Positions 49,929 to 60,118 of a DNA stretch of 64,000 nucleotides are shown here, piece after piece. The DNA comes from an uncultured virus (IMG/VR IMGVR_UViG_3300042471_001823). Lineage: Duplodnaviria > Heunggongvirae > Uroviricota > Caudoviricetes. The position numbers and the translations under genes were made by a program. Location: the IMG/VR virus record IMGVR_UViG_3300042471_001823. The stretch is one strand, 5' to 3'. Each line of letters starts with the position of its first letter. The stretch's first letter is position 1. The notes beneath the pieces are model-generated. The model saw only the letters and a program-made list of their open reading frames with translations, was not told the origin of the DNA and searched no databases.

Positions 49929-50981
49929 ATGACTGGAAAACTAAAACTAAATGTTGAAGCTTCAAAAACAAATCCAAGCGATGAAGGTTCAGCGCCAAAA
50001 CCAAAGCAAGGCAAACGACCAAAACTAAAGCAAGAAATGGGTGTAAAACGTCTTGTAGAGCTTGTCGCTAGACTTGACGATGAAAACCCACGTATTCACT
50101 CTGTTGATACCGATATTATAGGGTTGGCACTCAGACTGCTTCATCATGGCTGGTGTAAGTACCCTACCTACAATGCCAAGCTTGATAAAATTGTGGGGGG
50201 ACATGGTAGGGTTTTAGCCTGTGAGTGGTTGGCACAACAGCCTAACAAGTGGTTTGATGAGCAATGGGCACAATGGGAAAAAGTGCATGGTTCCCAGTAT
50301 TTTAATGATGAATTGCCAGAGATTCAACGGCGCTACCGTAGCGGCTATTGGACTTCAGTGCCAGTGCAGATTGTCTCATTATCCAAAAAACAGCACCGCA
50401 CCGCACTGTTAACCCTAAATCATCGCACCGGACAAGATGATGATAGTGAAATTGCCAAGATGTTGGCTAAGCTGTCCCCTATTGACAGTGCTGATGCTGG
50501 TTTTGATGAAGCCCAAAAGTCTGAATTTTTAGCGCGGTTTAGCCCTGATGCAAGCGCCAATGAAACCTCTTACTATGATGAGATTGCTGAGAACTTAAAC
50601 CGTAAGCTTAGCCCTGCTATGTATGAGCCGGAGCCTGATGATATAAGTGGTGATGGTGATTTTGATGACAGTAGTCATCCTAACGATAGTAGTGAATATG
50701 GCTTTGGAGATGATGACTCTAGCTATGGGGACAGCAGCAATAACTACGATGATTACGATCCAAGCGACTACGACCCTGTAGACGATGAAAATGAGATTGT
50801 AGTACCCCAAGGCGGGTTAAACCATAATGCTGACCCTGATGAGCCTGTACCTAGTCTCTATCCGCTGTCTATTGTGCTTAAGGGTGATGATTTGGCGTGG
50901 TTTGAGGATGCTAAGGCAAATGCTAAAATCAATACTGATAAAATCTTTTTGCTGAGGTTTCATCCGGCTTTTAATGGTTAA
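49929..50981 (+). CDS. ParB/Sulfiredoxin-like domain protein with an acidic linker
   Basis: NPRIH...HGW...KIVGGHGRVLAC...VPVQIVSL. Confidence 0.75.
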   Translation: MTGKLKLNVEASKTNPSDEGSAPKPKQGKRPKLKQEMGVKRLVELVARLDDENPRIHSVDTDIIGLALRLLHHGWCKYPTYNAKLDKIVGGHGRVLACEWLAQQPNKWFDEQWAQWEKVHGSQYFNDELPEIQRRYRSGYWTSVPVQIVSLSKKQHRTALLTLNHRTGQDDDSEIAKMLAKLSPIDSADAGFDEAQKSEFLARFSPDASANETSYYDEIAENLNRKLSPAMYEPEPDDISGDGDFDDSSHPNDSSEYGFGDDDSSYGDSSNNYDDYDPSDYDPVDDENEIVVPQGGLNHNADPDEPVPSLYPLSIVLKGDDLAWFEDAKANAKINTDKIFLLRFHPAFNG

Positions 50982-51041
50982 TTCTCAATCAAAAAGCCCC
51001 TGAGATAGGGGCTTTTTGATGTTTGAAAATGGTTTTGTTGA

Positions 51042-51389
51042 TTAGTTCAATCCCTTAACGAAAGGAAACAAATTTTTAAGCGTAGCCGTTACCTCTTCAA
51101 CTTTTTCAATCGGAATTTCGATGACAATTGCTTTGCAGGTACAAGTTTTTTGCCACTTCTTAAACAAGGTTTGGAATGTATACTCTTTCTCTCCTATCAG
51201 AAAGAATCCAAACGCATTTAGATCATATTTTTTGGACTCTTCTAGACAGAGAATGTCTTCGTTTAAAAATTCAACTAGCTGGATTTCTGCACAATCTGAC
51301 ACGAATACAAAATCTTTCCTGTAAACAAGATCGACCCAGAATTTATTATCATTCCAAAAACTGTTGATTTCTTTGCCTAGTACTTTCAT
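51042..51389 (-). CDS. Hypothetical protein
   Basis: AAGGAG SD; terminators on both sides. Confidence 0.55.
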   Translation of the reverse strand: MKVLGKEINSFWNDNKFWVDLVYRKDFVFVSDCAEIQLVEFLNEDILCLEESKKYDLNAFGFFLIGEKEYTFQTLFKKWQKTCTCKAIVIEIPIEKVEEVTATLKNLFPFVKGLN

Positions 51390-51464
51390 TGATTACTTTA
51401 ACTCCTTTGTTAATACTGTAGTAAAGTTAAGGGGCGTGATAATGAGTAGCGCCCCTTAACTTTA

Positions 51465-51770
51465 CTACATCCGCTTAATCACGTCGTACTGCTCACGGGC
51501 GGCTTGTAAACGGATTGGGTTGCGTTCTGCCAAGAGAGCGTTTTGATTTTCTTTCTTGAGGTAATCATGCTTAGCGGGATCTTTTACCGTTTCAATAAAG
51601 CGCAGATGTAATTGGTGAATACAAGCGCGTTCGGCATAGTCTTGGGCTGAAAGAAAAGACCCTTCGGCAACGTCTTGCTGGTAACGCTTTGCCGCTCGGT
51701 GATGTAGTGACTCTAGGTGCTCTAAACACTCTTCTAGCGCTTGATCTAACAGGAATTGGGGAGAAATCAT
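51465..51770 (-). CDS. Hypothetical protein
   Basis: GAGGTTTAACCATG start. Confidence 0.55.
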   Translation of the reverse strand: MISPQFLLDQALEECLEHLESLHHRAAKRYQQDVAEGSFLSAQDYAERACIHQLHLRFIETVKDPAKHDYLKKENQNALLAERNPIRLQAAREQYDVIKRM

Positions 51771-51842
51771 GGTTAAACCTCTTTGTAAAAAAAATATGTA
51801 ATGCGTTGAGGGGTATAACTTACGCCCCTCACGAAACTAAAA

Positions 51843-52088
51843 CTAACAAGCCAAAAGCTCAGCCCAATTTTGCAGCAAGCCTAGCTTTTGAGCTTTGACC
51901 AAGATCCCTGCTTGAGTGGCAGCGGTCAAATCTAATTGCTTGGACTGTAATTCCGTTACTACATCTAACACGGTCTCAGGATCGACCGATTGAGCAACAA
52001 CAAATCCATCAAAATTGGCGGCAAAACTACCTTCTGGCAAAGCAAGCGCTTCATCGGCGGTGTTTTTTAATGAGTTCCAAATAGCCAT
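51843..52088 (-). CDS. Hypothetical protein
   Basis: TTGACAAATAAT promoter at 52157-52168; AAGGTTAA SD. Confidence 0.55.
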   Translation of the reverse strand: MAIWNSLKNTADEALALPEGSFAANFDGFVVAQSVDPETVLDVVTELQSKQLDLTAATQAGILVKAQKLGLLQNWAELLAC

Positions 52089-52235
52089 AACCGTTAACCT
52101 TTAATAGTAAAATGTGGGTCGCATCCCTCAACGCAATCAATATCGCATACCTTGTTATTATTTGTCAATACACAAAACCATGTCAACCCTATAGGCATTA
52201 ACTATAATTTGTTTAACCACAAATAAGTTATAGTT

Positions 52236-53582
52236 ATGGCAGATAAAAGCACTAGCAAAATCAGCAAGCCCCAAAAAGAAAAGAAAGGCAACCGCTCTCA
52301 ATCATTGTCAGTATATTGGGGTGGTTTTTTATCACTCCCATTGCCCCTAGAATTGTCTCTAAACTGGTGCAGTCATGCCTGTAGTTACTGCTATGCCAAT
52401 TTAAACAGCACTCAGCGCCGTGCTGATTTGATGCAGATACAAACGCAGTTATCCAAGTATCAGACCGCCACAAACATGGAAGCACAGCTATTGAGGCTAG
52501 GCTATCCAATCAACATCTCAGGGCATACTGATGCCTTTGCCACAAGCAATGAAGATTATGCGATCCCATTGCTTAACACCATGATGGAACTTGATATTTA
52601 TTTCACATTATGCACTAAGGGTGGTAAACGGTTCAAGGAAACAGTTAAAAAGCTTAGACCGTCTTGGATTTACTTCACTGTGGAAACCTATGACGATGAA
52701 GTAGCTAAGCGCATTTCGCCTAATGCCCCATTGCCTAGTGAACGGTTTGAGATGATTGATTATGCCCAAAAGTGTGGGCATACGGTTGTAGTTGGCATTA
52801 ACCCCGCTGTGCCTGAGTGGTTGCATGATGACCCTACGCCATTACTGAACAAGCTATCTGAACTGCAAGTTTCTGGGGTGTTGGCACAGCCACTGCACTT
52901 CAATAACAAGCAAGTCTCAAACATGTCTGAACATGATCGCGTCGCTATTGGTGATGACGTGATCCTCAGAGGCAAGCGTCGCAATCGAGATAAGCCAATG
53001 AGGGATTTGATTGCTGACATCAAGGCAATGGCTAATGATTTGGGGATTCCCACGTATCAAGGCGGTCAGGGCATACCTACTGATTTCTTTAAAAACCTAC
53101 CAAACCTTTACCCAGCGGTTTATCCCACTACTCAGGATTTTGTCAATCATTGCTATACCAAGTACAAGGATGGTGACTTTATTTACTGGGAAGAGTACCG
53201 TGATTTCTTTGTCCCTAAACTGCCTAAAGGGGTGTTCCCCCTGAGAAACCACTTGGCAGCCACCCAAAACATGTACTGGTCTGGTCAATGGAATGACACT
53301 ATTCCTAAGCAAATGACTTACGAAACGCTGTTAAATCTAGCATGGAAGATCCATGATATTGCGTCATCGCTGGTTAACACTAAATGCTTTAATTGGGCTG
53401 CTACAGAAGAATCTGAGGGGAAATGGATTAAGTTTGTTGATGATAACAGGATGCCTATTGTGGTGTTTACGACTGACAAAACAGATCCTAACTATGGGTA
53501 TGTGTTGCGCGAAGTTGCCAAAAAATCAGGCATTACCTATGATGCTGTGACCAAAATTACTGATCCTCGAATGAGAGTTTGA
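52236..53582 (+). CDS. Radical SAM enzyme (SPL-like family)
   Basis: CSHACSYC (CxxxCxxC), then GHTDAF, TKGG and SPNAPLPSERF. Confidence 0.88.
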   Translation: MADKSTSKISKPQKEKKGNRSQSLSVYWGGFLSLPLPLELSLNWCSHACSYCYANLNSTQRRADLMQIQTQLSKYQTATNMEAQLLRLGYPINISGHTDAFATSNEDYAIPLLNTMMELDIYFTLCTKGGKRFKETVKKLRPSWIYFTVETYDDEVAKRISPNAPLPSERFEMIDYAQKCGHTVVVGINPAVPEWLHDDPTPLLNKLSELQVSGVLAQPLHFNNKQVSNMSEHDRVAIGDDVILRGKRRNRDKPMRDLIADIKAMANDLGIPTYQGGQGIPTDFFKNLPNLYPAVYPTTQDFVNHCYTKYKDGDFIYWEEYRDFFVPKLPKGVFPLRNHLAATQNMYWSGQWNDTIPKQMTYETLLNLAWKIHDIASSLVNTKCFNWAATEESEGKWIKFVDDNRMPIVVFTTDKTDPNYGYVLREVAKKSGITYDAVTKITDPRMRV

Positions 53583-53659
53583 GTTTAATTGTTGCAAAAA
53601 AATCACCTTAGCGGTAATGTTGCTAAGGTGATTTTTTGTGGTATATCGTTTTTATAGGG

Positions 53660-54175
53660 TTAACGCATCATCTTGTCCGCAAAATGACTCTTGTTGTCAA
53701 AATTTAAGGCATTCCATAAGTCTCGATGAAAGCAAACGTCAAAGCCAATATTTGTTAATCTTTTAGCTTGAAAAGACTGCATCATCTGCAAGAAACCTGT
53801 CGCTGATTCGATGTGAATTTGATTGAAATTTGTTTCCCAAAAAACTTCTGATAGAATGGTTAAATGCATATCATTCTTAGCCCATTGATCGTTACGAACT
53901 TGCCATGCATCGATAATAAGTAATGCCAAAGTATCGTCATCATTAAACAGGAAATTGTCGGTTTTCATTGCCTGCTTCAAAGGTCTAAATTTCACAGGCA
54001 AACGCATTTTGATTTTTTTTGCGACAAGAAAATCTTCAAACTTAACAAGGGTATAAGCCCTCCAAAACCGTTCCCAGTTCTTAACGTCTTGATATAATTT
54101 AAGGTCAAGATGAATAAACAAAGAATATTCTAGTGGCAATTGATTTTGTTTGATGTGAATAACGGGTGGCAACAT
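53660..54175 (-). CDS. Hypothetical protein
   Basis: Clean ORF between terminators. Confidence 0.5.
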   Translation of the reverse strand: MLPPVIHIKQNQLPLEYSLFIHLDLKLYQDVKNWERFWRAYTLVKFEDFLVAKKIKMRLPVKFRPLKQAMKTDNFLFNDDDTLALLIIDAWQVRNDQWAKNDMHLTILSEVFWETNFNQIHIESATGFLQMMQSFQAKRLTNIGFDVCFHRDLWNALNFDNKSHFADKMMR

Positions 54176-54247
54176 ATTTTTTCTTGGTAAATTTACATTA
54201 AAAAAGGCAAAAGTGTAATTACACTTTTGCCTTTTTGCTTTGATTAG

Positions 54248-54634
54248 TTAGATGCTAGCAGCAAAGACTGCCAACCCAATCAAACTATCAAAGTCAAAGA
54301 CTTGGCGTAATTGCCGACCTCCTACCACAGCACGGGCGATAGTTTTGATTACTGCACTACGGACGCTAGCGACAACTTGAATAACCACTAAACTGCCTTC
54401 ACGAATCGCAAACTTTGCGACCGTTTTTACTAAAATGTTTCCTGCCTTAGCAGTTGCCTCAAGAGGCGCAAAAACAGGGGCATCAACCTTTTGAAGTTCG
54501 GCGACAAACAACCCTAACTTAATCGCACCCACTAAAACCAGAACACTGACACAAAGAACAACGGTGGCAAGTACAGCAGCAGTCATAGCGGCGATCGCTA
54601 AACCGAAAAGAATACCATCAATAAACCGTTTCAT
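54248..54634 (-). CDS. Membrane protein
   Basis: GAGGTTAATCAAAATG start; long hydrophobic N-terminus. Confidence 0.55.
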   Translation of the reverse strand: MKRFIDGILFGLAIAAMTAAVLATVVLCVSVLVLVGAIKLGLFVAELQKVDAPVFAPLEATAKAGNILVKTVAKFAIREGSLVVIQVVASVRSAVIKTIARAVVGGRQLRQVFDFDSLIGLAVFAASI

Positions 54635-54772
54635 TTTGATTAACCTCAAGTGTATATTTAACTTTGTTGGAAGCGCTCTCAACACAATCAAACATAACTC
54701 GAAAGCTTGTTTAATGTCAATACGGTAATGATTAGTGTTTTAGGGTGTTTTTAGGTTTGGGCATAAGCAGGG

Positions 54773-55375
54773 TTAATCATCAACTTCAACAAACGCTAAA
54801 TCATTGCACTGTTGGTCGAAAATGCCTTTAATTTCGCCTGAATGAGTAACGTTGCTGGAATCTGAGGCAATGACTGAGTAATCACCAAAACAGATGCCAT
54901 AAGTTGACAAACTGCTTCGATCTATAGTAATAATTGACGCTGATGCCATATTGCCGGTGATTTCAGCCCTAGCGCCTTCCTCTAAACAAACATAGAGGTC
55001 ATTAAGCTGAGCAGTAAGATTCACTTCAGCCGTGCTTTTACCAGTCATCTTCAAATGAATTTTATTGGCAGAAAATTCAGCAGATGCAGTGCCTGACAAC
55101 TCAGCAAGAACACTTGAAAGTACTTGCTGAGATTTGAATTGTCCATTGTTTGACAACATCAATCCAAGGTTGATTTGTGGACAATAAATATTGACGACTC
55201 GCTTTGAACCATTCACAATTGAAACAGTGTCTTCTGATTTACTGATTTCAATGTCGTGATTTTCTGAATCAATGGTGATCGCCCCTAGCTGTTTTTGTGG
55301 ATAAATATTGACGTTTCCATAGCTGGAGATCTTTAAGCGCAAAAAGCTTGGTTCGATGTTAAATTCTGTTTGCAT
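54773..55375 (-). CDS. DUF2807/GIN-like beta-helix protein
   Basis: Repeating L..ELSGTASA / L.MTGKSTA / V.LEEGARAEI.G units. Confidence 0.6.
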   Translation of the reverse strand: MQTEFNIEPSFLRLKISSYGNVNIYPQKQLGAITIDSENHDIEISKSEDTVSIVNGSKRVVNIYCPQINLGLMLSNNGQFKSQQVLSSVLAELSGTASAEFSANKIHLKMTGKSTAEVNLTAQLNDLYVCLEEGARAEITGNMASASIITIDRSSLSTYGICFGDYSVIASDSSNVTHSGEIKGIFDQQCNDLAFVEVDD

Positions 55376-55419
55376 TGTTGTTAACCTTTTTAACCATTCA
55401 TAGATACATAAACAAACTG

Positions 55420-55677
55420 CTATTGCGACGATTCTTGATAAAAAGCTAGCAATAAACTGTACGATTCTTCGTGACCTTTATCGACAAAGCCTTCGATCTC
55501 AAAAATTACGTTAATTTGCTGGCATTTTTCAGCTAAAAGCACTAATTCCTTGGACAAAAGAGCAAATGGAATCAACACCTCACCGGCTTCAATGCGGGAA
55601 AAATTTATATCTGCGTAGTTGTGATCTTGAATTACTTCCCGAAAAATGTCTTTGATTTTGTCGGATGAATATCTCAT
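55420..55677 (-). CDS. Hypothetical protein
   Basis: Clean ORF. Confidence 0.45.
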   Translation of the reverse strand: MRYSSDKIKDIFREVIQDHNYADINFSRIEAGEVLIPFALLSKELVLLAEKCQQINVIFEIEGFVDKGHEESYSLLLAFYQESSQ

Positions 55678-55773
55678 TTAGTAATAACTGGTTTAATTGT
55701 CGTCACTAAATCTAGCATCAATCGTCATTTATCGCAATACAATAAATAAATTCACCTTACTGGCTTATGGCGC

Positions 55774-56466
55774 TTATCCCACCACCTGACAATCAAACGG
55801 GAACTCATTCAAATCCTTTTCGTTGATCAACTTTTCCCAGTGCGAGAATACCCCATTGTTATACACGGCTTTGAATCCATGATCTTTAGCCAGTTCCTTC
55901 TGCTCTTTTGTGACCATTGCCTTGACCCGATACTTTGGTCTAAGGGCATCTGCAAGCAATTCTTCTAGATCGTTGCGCTTGCTAAAAATACTAGCCAACA
56001 ACTGACAATCACCCAATCCATCATGGGCATTAATAATGGGCACATCATGGGCAACTGCCAACCTGACTAGATCTGTGTTTTTAATGGGTTGCCAGTTAAT
56101 GTCTTTGTAGCTGCAAATCCAAGGCATTGCGGGTAGTATTTGTCCATTGATCCATTGACGGTCAAAGCCTGCGTTGTGAGCAACAATTGCGTCAGCATGA
56201 AGTGCCATCACGTCTAAGACCGATAAACCTGTTTTAAGTAGCGATTCTGACACTTCTTGTGACACGTTTGGTTTAATCCGATTAACTCCAATCTGTGGGT
56301 TAATCTCAACTGGCAACAGTGTCGAAAATTGGCTTATAGATGCCCTGTTTTCTACGTTGTACAGGATCGCTGCCACTTGTGCCAACACCCCTTTGGAGCC
56401 GGTCAATCCATTTGGAAAAGCGCTTAATCCTGTGGTTTCCGTGTCCAAAATCAGTACGTTACGCAT
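55774..56466 (-). CDS. DEDDh 3'-5' exonuclease (DnaQ-like)
   Basis: LDTETTGL, VAHNAGFD, AHDGLGDC. Confidence 0.9.
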   Translation of the reverse strand: MRNVLILDTETTGLSAFPNGLTGSKGVLAQVAAILYNVENRASISQFSTLLPVEINPQIGVNRIKPNVSQEVSESLLKTGLSVLDVMALHADAIVAHNAGFDRQWINGQILPAMPWICSYKDINWQPIKNTDLVRLAVAHDVPIINAHDGLGDCQLLASIFSKRNDLEELLADALRPKYRVKAMVTKEQKELAKDHGFKAVYNNGVFSHWEKLINEKDLNEFPFDCQVVG

Positions 56467-56557
56467 TTTTCTAGCCTAGGTTAACCTTCATGGTCACTAT
56501 ATCACGTTTTTTGGCTGCTTAGGTCTAGCCGCTTGCCAAAAAAACCAAGGTCTAAAC

Positions 56558-59500
56558 CTAAGCGATTCTGGAAGCGCCATGTCCAACATAACCAGATAAA
56601 GAATTAGTATTAGGGATATTTGAGGAAGAATGTGAAAAATCGCTTATAATTTGCTGAAAAGTAGCCGAGATTTTATCAAAATCTTTCAACCCTAATTCGA
56701 CCTTGTTATCCCAGTGAGCAAAGGCTTTTTTCACCATATCTTCAGATTCTGTCACGTTGAAGGTCACCGATCTGACAGACTTTTTAACACCATCTACCAC
56801 CTCAACTTTTTTAGAAAGCTTGAATGACACCCCAAATCGGTTTCGTAAAATCGTAATCAAAATTGACAAAGCGGGTTTGTCGATGAGATCGCCATTTTTA
56901 TTGATCCCCTTGGGAGAGATGCCAAACATTTTCTTGAAGGTGTTGGTTTCGGTCGCGTTGATGTACTGCCTTAGTCTCTCAACAATAGGATGCGAATCCG
57001 TATAAACCTCATGCTGATCTGCCATCACCTTGTCAAATCCAAGGTATTGGTAAACATTGGCTAGTACCGCCTCAGTCTTGATGGCAGTAGGCAGATATAT
57101 CGCCATGCCCCTAGAAGCAGCATTAGCAACATTGCTTTGAGCCTTGGATAGTTCGAGTTTTAGCAGTTTTTGCCAGTCTGTCTTGGCTAACCATTGGTGT
57201 CTCCAGTAGTTGTAAGCATTGTCTTCATCACGGGCGATCAGCAACTCTGCTGACACATCTTGTCCAAACAGTTGCTCGGTTTGATAACGCTTAACTTCCC
57301 ATCGCTGATCCTCAGTGACCTTAGTTTTTTTGGACAACTTGTTAAATTCCAGTTCGGAAATTTGCTTAGCTGACAATTCTTTGCTACGCTCCTTTTCTTT
57401 GATCTCAGCTTTGATTGCCTGTGATTCAGTCCGTGCGTTATGCAAATCAACGGGAGAAAACACCTTGTCATCGCGATATACTGAAAATCCCTTTTCTTTC
57501 AGCAAAGCGATGGTATGCGCTTTTAGGTTAAGAATTGATTCGTTGCTCTTAGAAACAATTTTAGCCATGAGGTCAAACTCAGGGGACGTAAAGCCCCAAT
57601 ACATTTCGGATTCATCGGATAACTGAGTCATGACAGACAAATTTTTAAGCTGCCTGTATTTTGCCCAATAGTAATCAATGATTGCCTCTGGCTTTATTTC
57701 ACCACCAGCCATTAATCCGTTAAACGGTAGACTGGCATGGGACGCATAGATGTCTTTTTTGATATACATGTGAATTGGCAATGCATAGCGGATACGCATC
57801 ATTTGCTGACAAATTTCAGGTGCATCGATCATCCCAGCATAAAAGCAAAGTTGCCGATCAAAATGAGGCGTAAACTGACTGCTACCTGTAGCGATTGAGG
57901 TACTAGCAAACACAGCACCATACTTAAGGCAATTGCTGTCAAAAGTGGTGGTTATGCCATCACCACAAAACTCAGCGGCTGGGTGTCCCTCAGTGCTAGT
58001 AGTCTCACTGCACAACAAAATTTTGCGCTTAACCGTATCCCCTAATTCCGGTTTCTCATCCCAGCTAAGATAAGGGCATTGCTCATAAAGCGTTTTTAAG
58101 TATTCCTTGGAATCACCGCAAACATAAACATTCTCTTGATTATCAAAAGCGTCTTGCATTTCCACTAACAATTGTTCACGACTTTCGGCTAAAGTGATTT
58201 CACCACGATTTTTATTAGTGTAAAGATTGTTTAGCGTTAGAAATTCTGGCTTAAGTTGATGTTTATTGCAAATCTGCTGAATGTATTCAAATCCTTCAAC
58301 ACACAGATCGGCATCGAGGCAAAAGATTGTCCCACCAGTGCTAAGCACCCGCAAAATGATTTTATGCAAAGTGTCGAGGATGGCGTAAAAAATCGCATCT
58401 TTGTTAATGATTGTGGAGCTAGTGGTTAACGACTTAAGGGTTTGCATACATTCATCAAGGATTAAAATTGCGCTGTCGTAATCAGCAATATTGACCTTGT
58501 ACAAGCTATTGATGCAAATCCCGAAACCTTCACGCAATGCAATGTGGCGATCGCCTTCTGGTAACGTGTCAACAGAGCGATCGCCCAAATACACCACACC
58601 TAAAGACTGTGCCAATGACTGCCCTAAGCTAGTGCGGTGAGTAACAAATTCAACCTTATAGCCCTGTGAATGCATTGCAGCAGCAATTCTGCCAAGTGTC
58701 ACAGTTTTGCCAGTCCCTTGGACTGATTTAATTCCTACCACTTTTCCTGCAAATTCGTTGTCAAGAGCTAAATTTGCCACATCTTCAACACCAACATACT
58801 TTTTGTTAATCTCACGGTACAGGTGCGAAAATTCAGCAAGTCGCTTATCTGCCGGATTGTAATCAGGGCTTTGCGTTGCTCTGATTTTGTCTTTAATGTG
58901 ATCAGGGGCTTCATTTAAAAAATCAGCCCATTCAATTACCTTGATCTCAGGTAAAGCTTCCCATAAAATAATTTCATCAATATCCCAGCCTTTTAGCTTT
59001 TTGGTTTGTCCGTACCAGAGAAATTGCAAATCATAACCATGACGGGCACAAGCGTGATGAGCCTTAAAATACTGGATCATGATGTGATAATTTTCAACAG
59101 CACCAGCATCCGCAGCAAAAGACAGACTAATCTTTGCACTAGGATTGCAAGCCTGCACCCTATCAATTACATCAATCACTTGCTTGCACAAAAAACCATC
59201 CTTAGTAAAATTGGCATTAGCCGCCCCAACAAACACGTTATCAAAGTGATTAGACGCGATGTCAGGCTTCATATAGCCCTCAGCAAACACAATGTTGTCA
59301 CACTGGATTTCACCACGCTCTAGGCGATCCAAGTTGTAAACACCAATGGGAGTCTCACCATTAATTGCCAATGGATCGCCATACTTTTCATTGGACACCC
59401 ATAGATATTTCTCCACATTAGGCTGTGCAGATGCCAAGCGCCGTTGCATCGCAATAACTTGACCATCGCAATTGACTACGGGAACCAAGATCACGTCGTT

Positions 59501-60118
59501 GTGATAAATGGCTAAAGTGTCATTAGCTAACTTGCCTGGCAACCCTTGGGTAATCCCACTCGGAATAGACTGATATTTGTTTGCGCTCTTATACCTAGCG
59601 ATTGAACTGCCTTTCATGCCCCGCTGTTCTAACAGCCTGCGATGAGACGGGGTTAGTTCAAGACTGTCCAAAATTCGCTTATACTCAGATGCCCTAACCT
59701 CAAGAGCAATCGAAGGTTTTGTTTCAACTACTGGCTTAGCCTTCTTTTGCTGAAACTGAGGTTTTAATGGGACGTAAACATCTTCTTTCTTTTTGGCGGC
59801 TTGGCTCTTTTTCTTTGACCTGTTGTTAGCGTCACTTGATCCATTGCCAGTGCCATTACCAGTGCCATTACCAGTGCCAGTTCTTTCAGCCTTGTACTTT
59901 GCGTTAAAATTATGGTTCTTTGCACTAATAGGCAGAAAACGTCCCCATTGCCCTGACTTGTCATCACCGATGGAAAAATAGCCATTAATCTCATCGCCGT
60001 GAGGTGTGCCCACGCTGTCCATGCACAGGATTAAGTCATCTGTTTGTCTGCACTTGCCACTATCTGAGGCGCAAATCGGACAAGATCCATTTTTTTTGTT
60101 AAAATGAGTAAAAGTCAT
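56558..60118 (-). CDS. Primase-helicase replication initiator (Zn finger + TOPRIM/DUF3854-like + origin-binding-type SF2 helicase; cyanobacterial plasmid Rep-like)
   Basis: CPIC..SGKCR...LCM; AEGYMKP..A...DAGAVEN; KSVQGTGKT, THRTSL, CINSL, LILDECMQ, LDADL, QQMMRIR. Confidence 0.88.
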   Translation of the reverse strand: MTFTHFNKKNGSCPICASDSGKCRQTDDLILCMDSVGTPHGDEINGYFSIGDDKSGQWGRFLPISAKNHNFNAKYKAERTGTGNGTGNGTGNGSSDANNRSKKKSQAAKKKEDVYVPLKPQFQQKKAKPVVETKPSIALEVRASEYKRILDSLELTPSHRRLLEQRGMKGSSIARYKSANKYQSIPSGITQGLPGKLANDTLAIYHNDVILVPVVNCDGQVIAMQRRLASAQPNVEKYLWVSNEKYGDPLAINGETPIGVYNLDRLERGEIQCDNIVFAEGYMKPDIASNHFDNVFVGAANANFTKDGFLCKQVIDVIDRVQACNPSAKISLSFAADAGAVENYHIMIQYFKAHHACARHGYDLQFLWYGQTKKLKGWDIDEIILWEALPEIKVIEWADFLNEAPDHIKDKIRATQSPDYNPADKRLAEFSHLYREINKKYVGVEDVANLALDNEFAGKVVGIKSVQGTGKTVTLGRIAAAMHSQGYKVEFVTHRTSLGQSLAQSLGVVYLGDRSVDTLPEGDRHIALREGFGICINSLYKVNIADYDSAILILDECMQTLKSLTTSSTIINKDAIFYAILDTLHKIILRVLSTGGTIFCLDADLCVEGFEYIQQICNKHQLKPEFLTLNNLYTNKNRGEITLAESREQLLVEMQDAFDNQENVYVCGDSKEYLKTLYEQCPYLSWDEKPELGDTVKRKILLCSETTSTEGHPAAEFCGDGITTTFDSNCLKYGAVFASTSIATGSSQFTPHFDRQLCFYAGMIDAPEICQQMMRIRYALPIHMYIKKDIYASHASLPFNGLMAGGEIKPEAIIDYYWAKYRQLKNLSVMTQLSDESEMYWGFTSPEFDLMAKIVSKSNESILNLKAHTIALLKEKGFSVYRDDKVFSPVDLHNARTESQAIKAEIKEKERSKELSAKQISELEFNKLSKKTKVTEDQRWEVKRYQTEQLFGQDVSAELLIARDEDNAYNYWRHQWLAKTDWQKLLKLELSKAQSNVANAASRGMAIYLPTAIKTEAVLANVYQYLGFDKVMADQHEVYTDSHPIVERLRQYINATETNTFKKMFGISPKGINKNGDLIDKPALSILITILRNRFGVSFKLSKKVEVVDGVKKSVRSVTFNVTESEDMVKKAFAHWDNKVELGLKDFDKISATFQQIISDFSHSSSNIPNTNSLSGYVGHGASRIA

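Noticed and set aside
49205..50981. A classical ParABS partition locus
   Set aside because: No ParA ATPase in the window and no clear HTH after the ParB-like domains.
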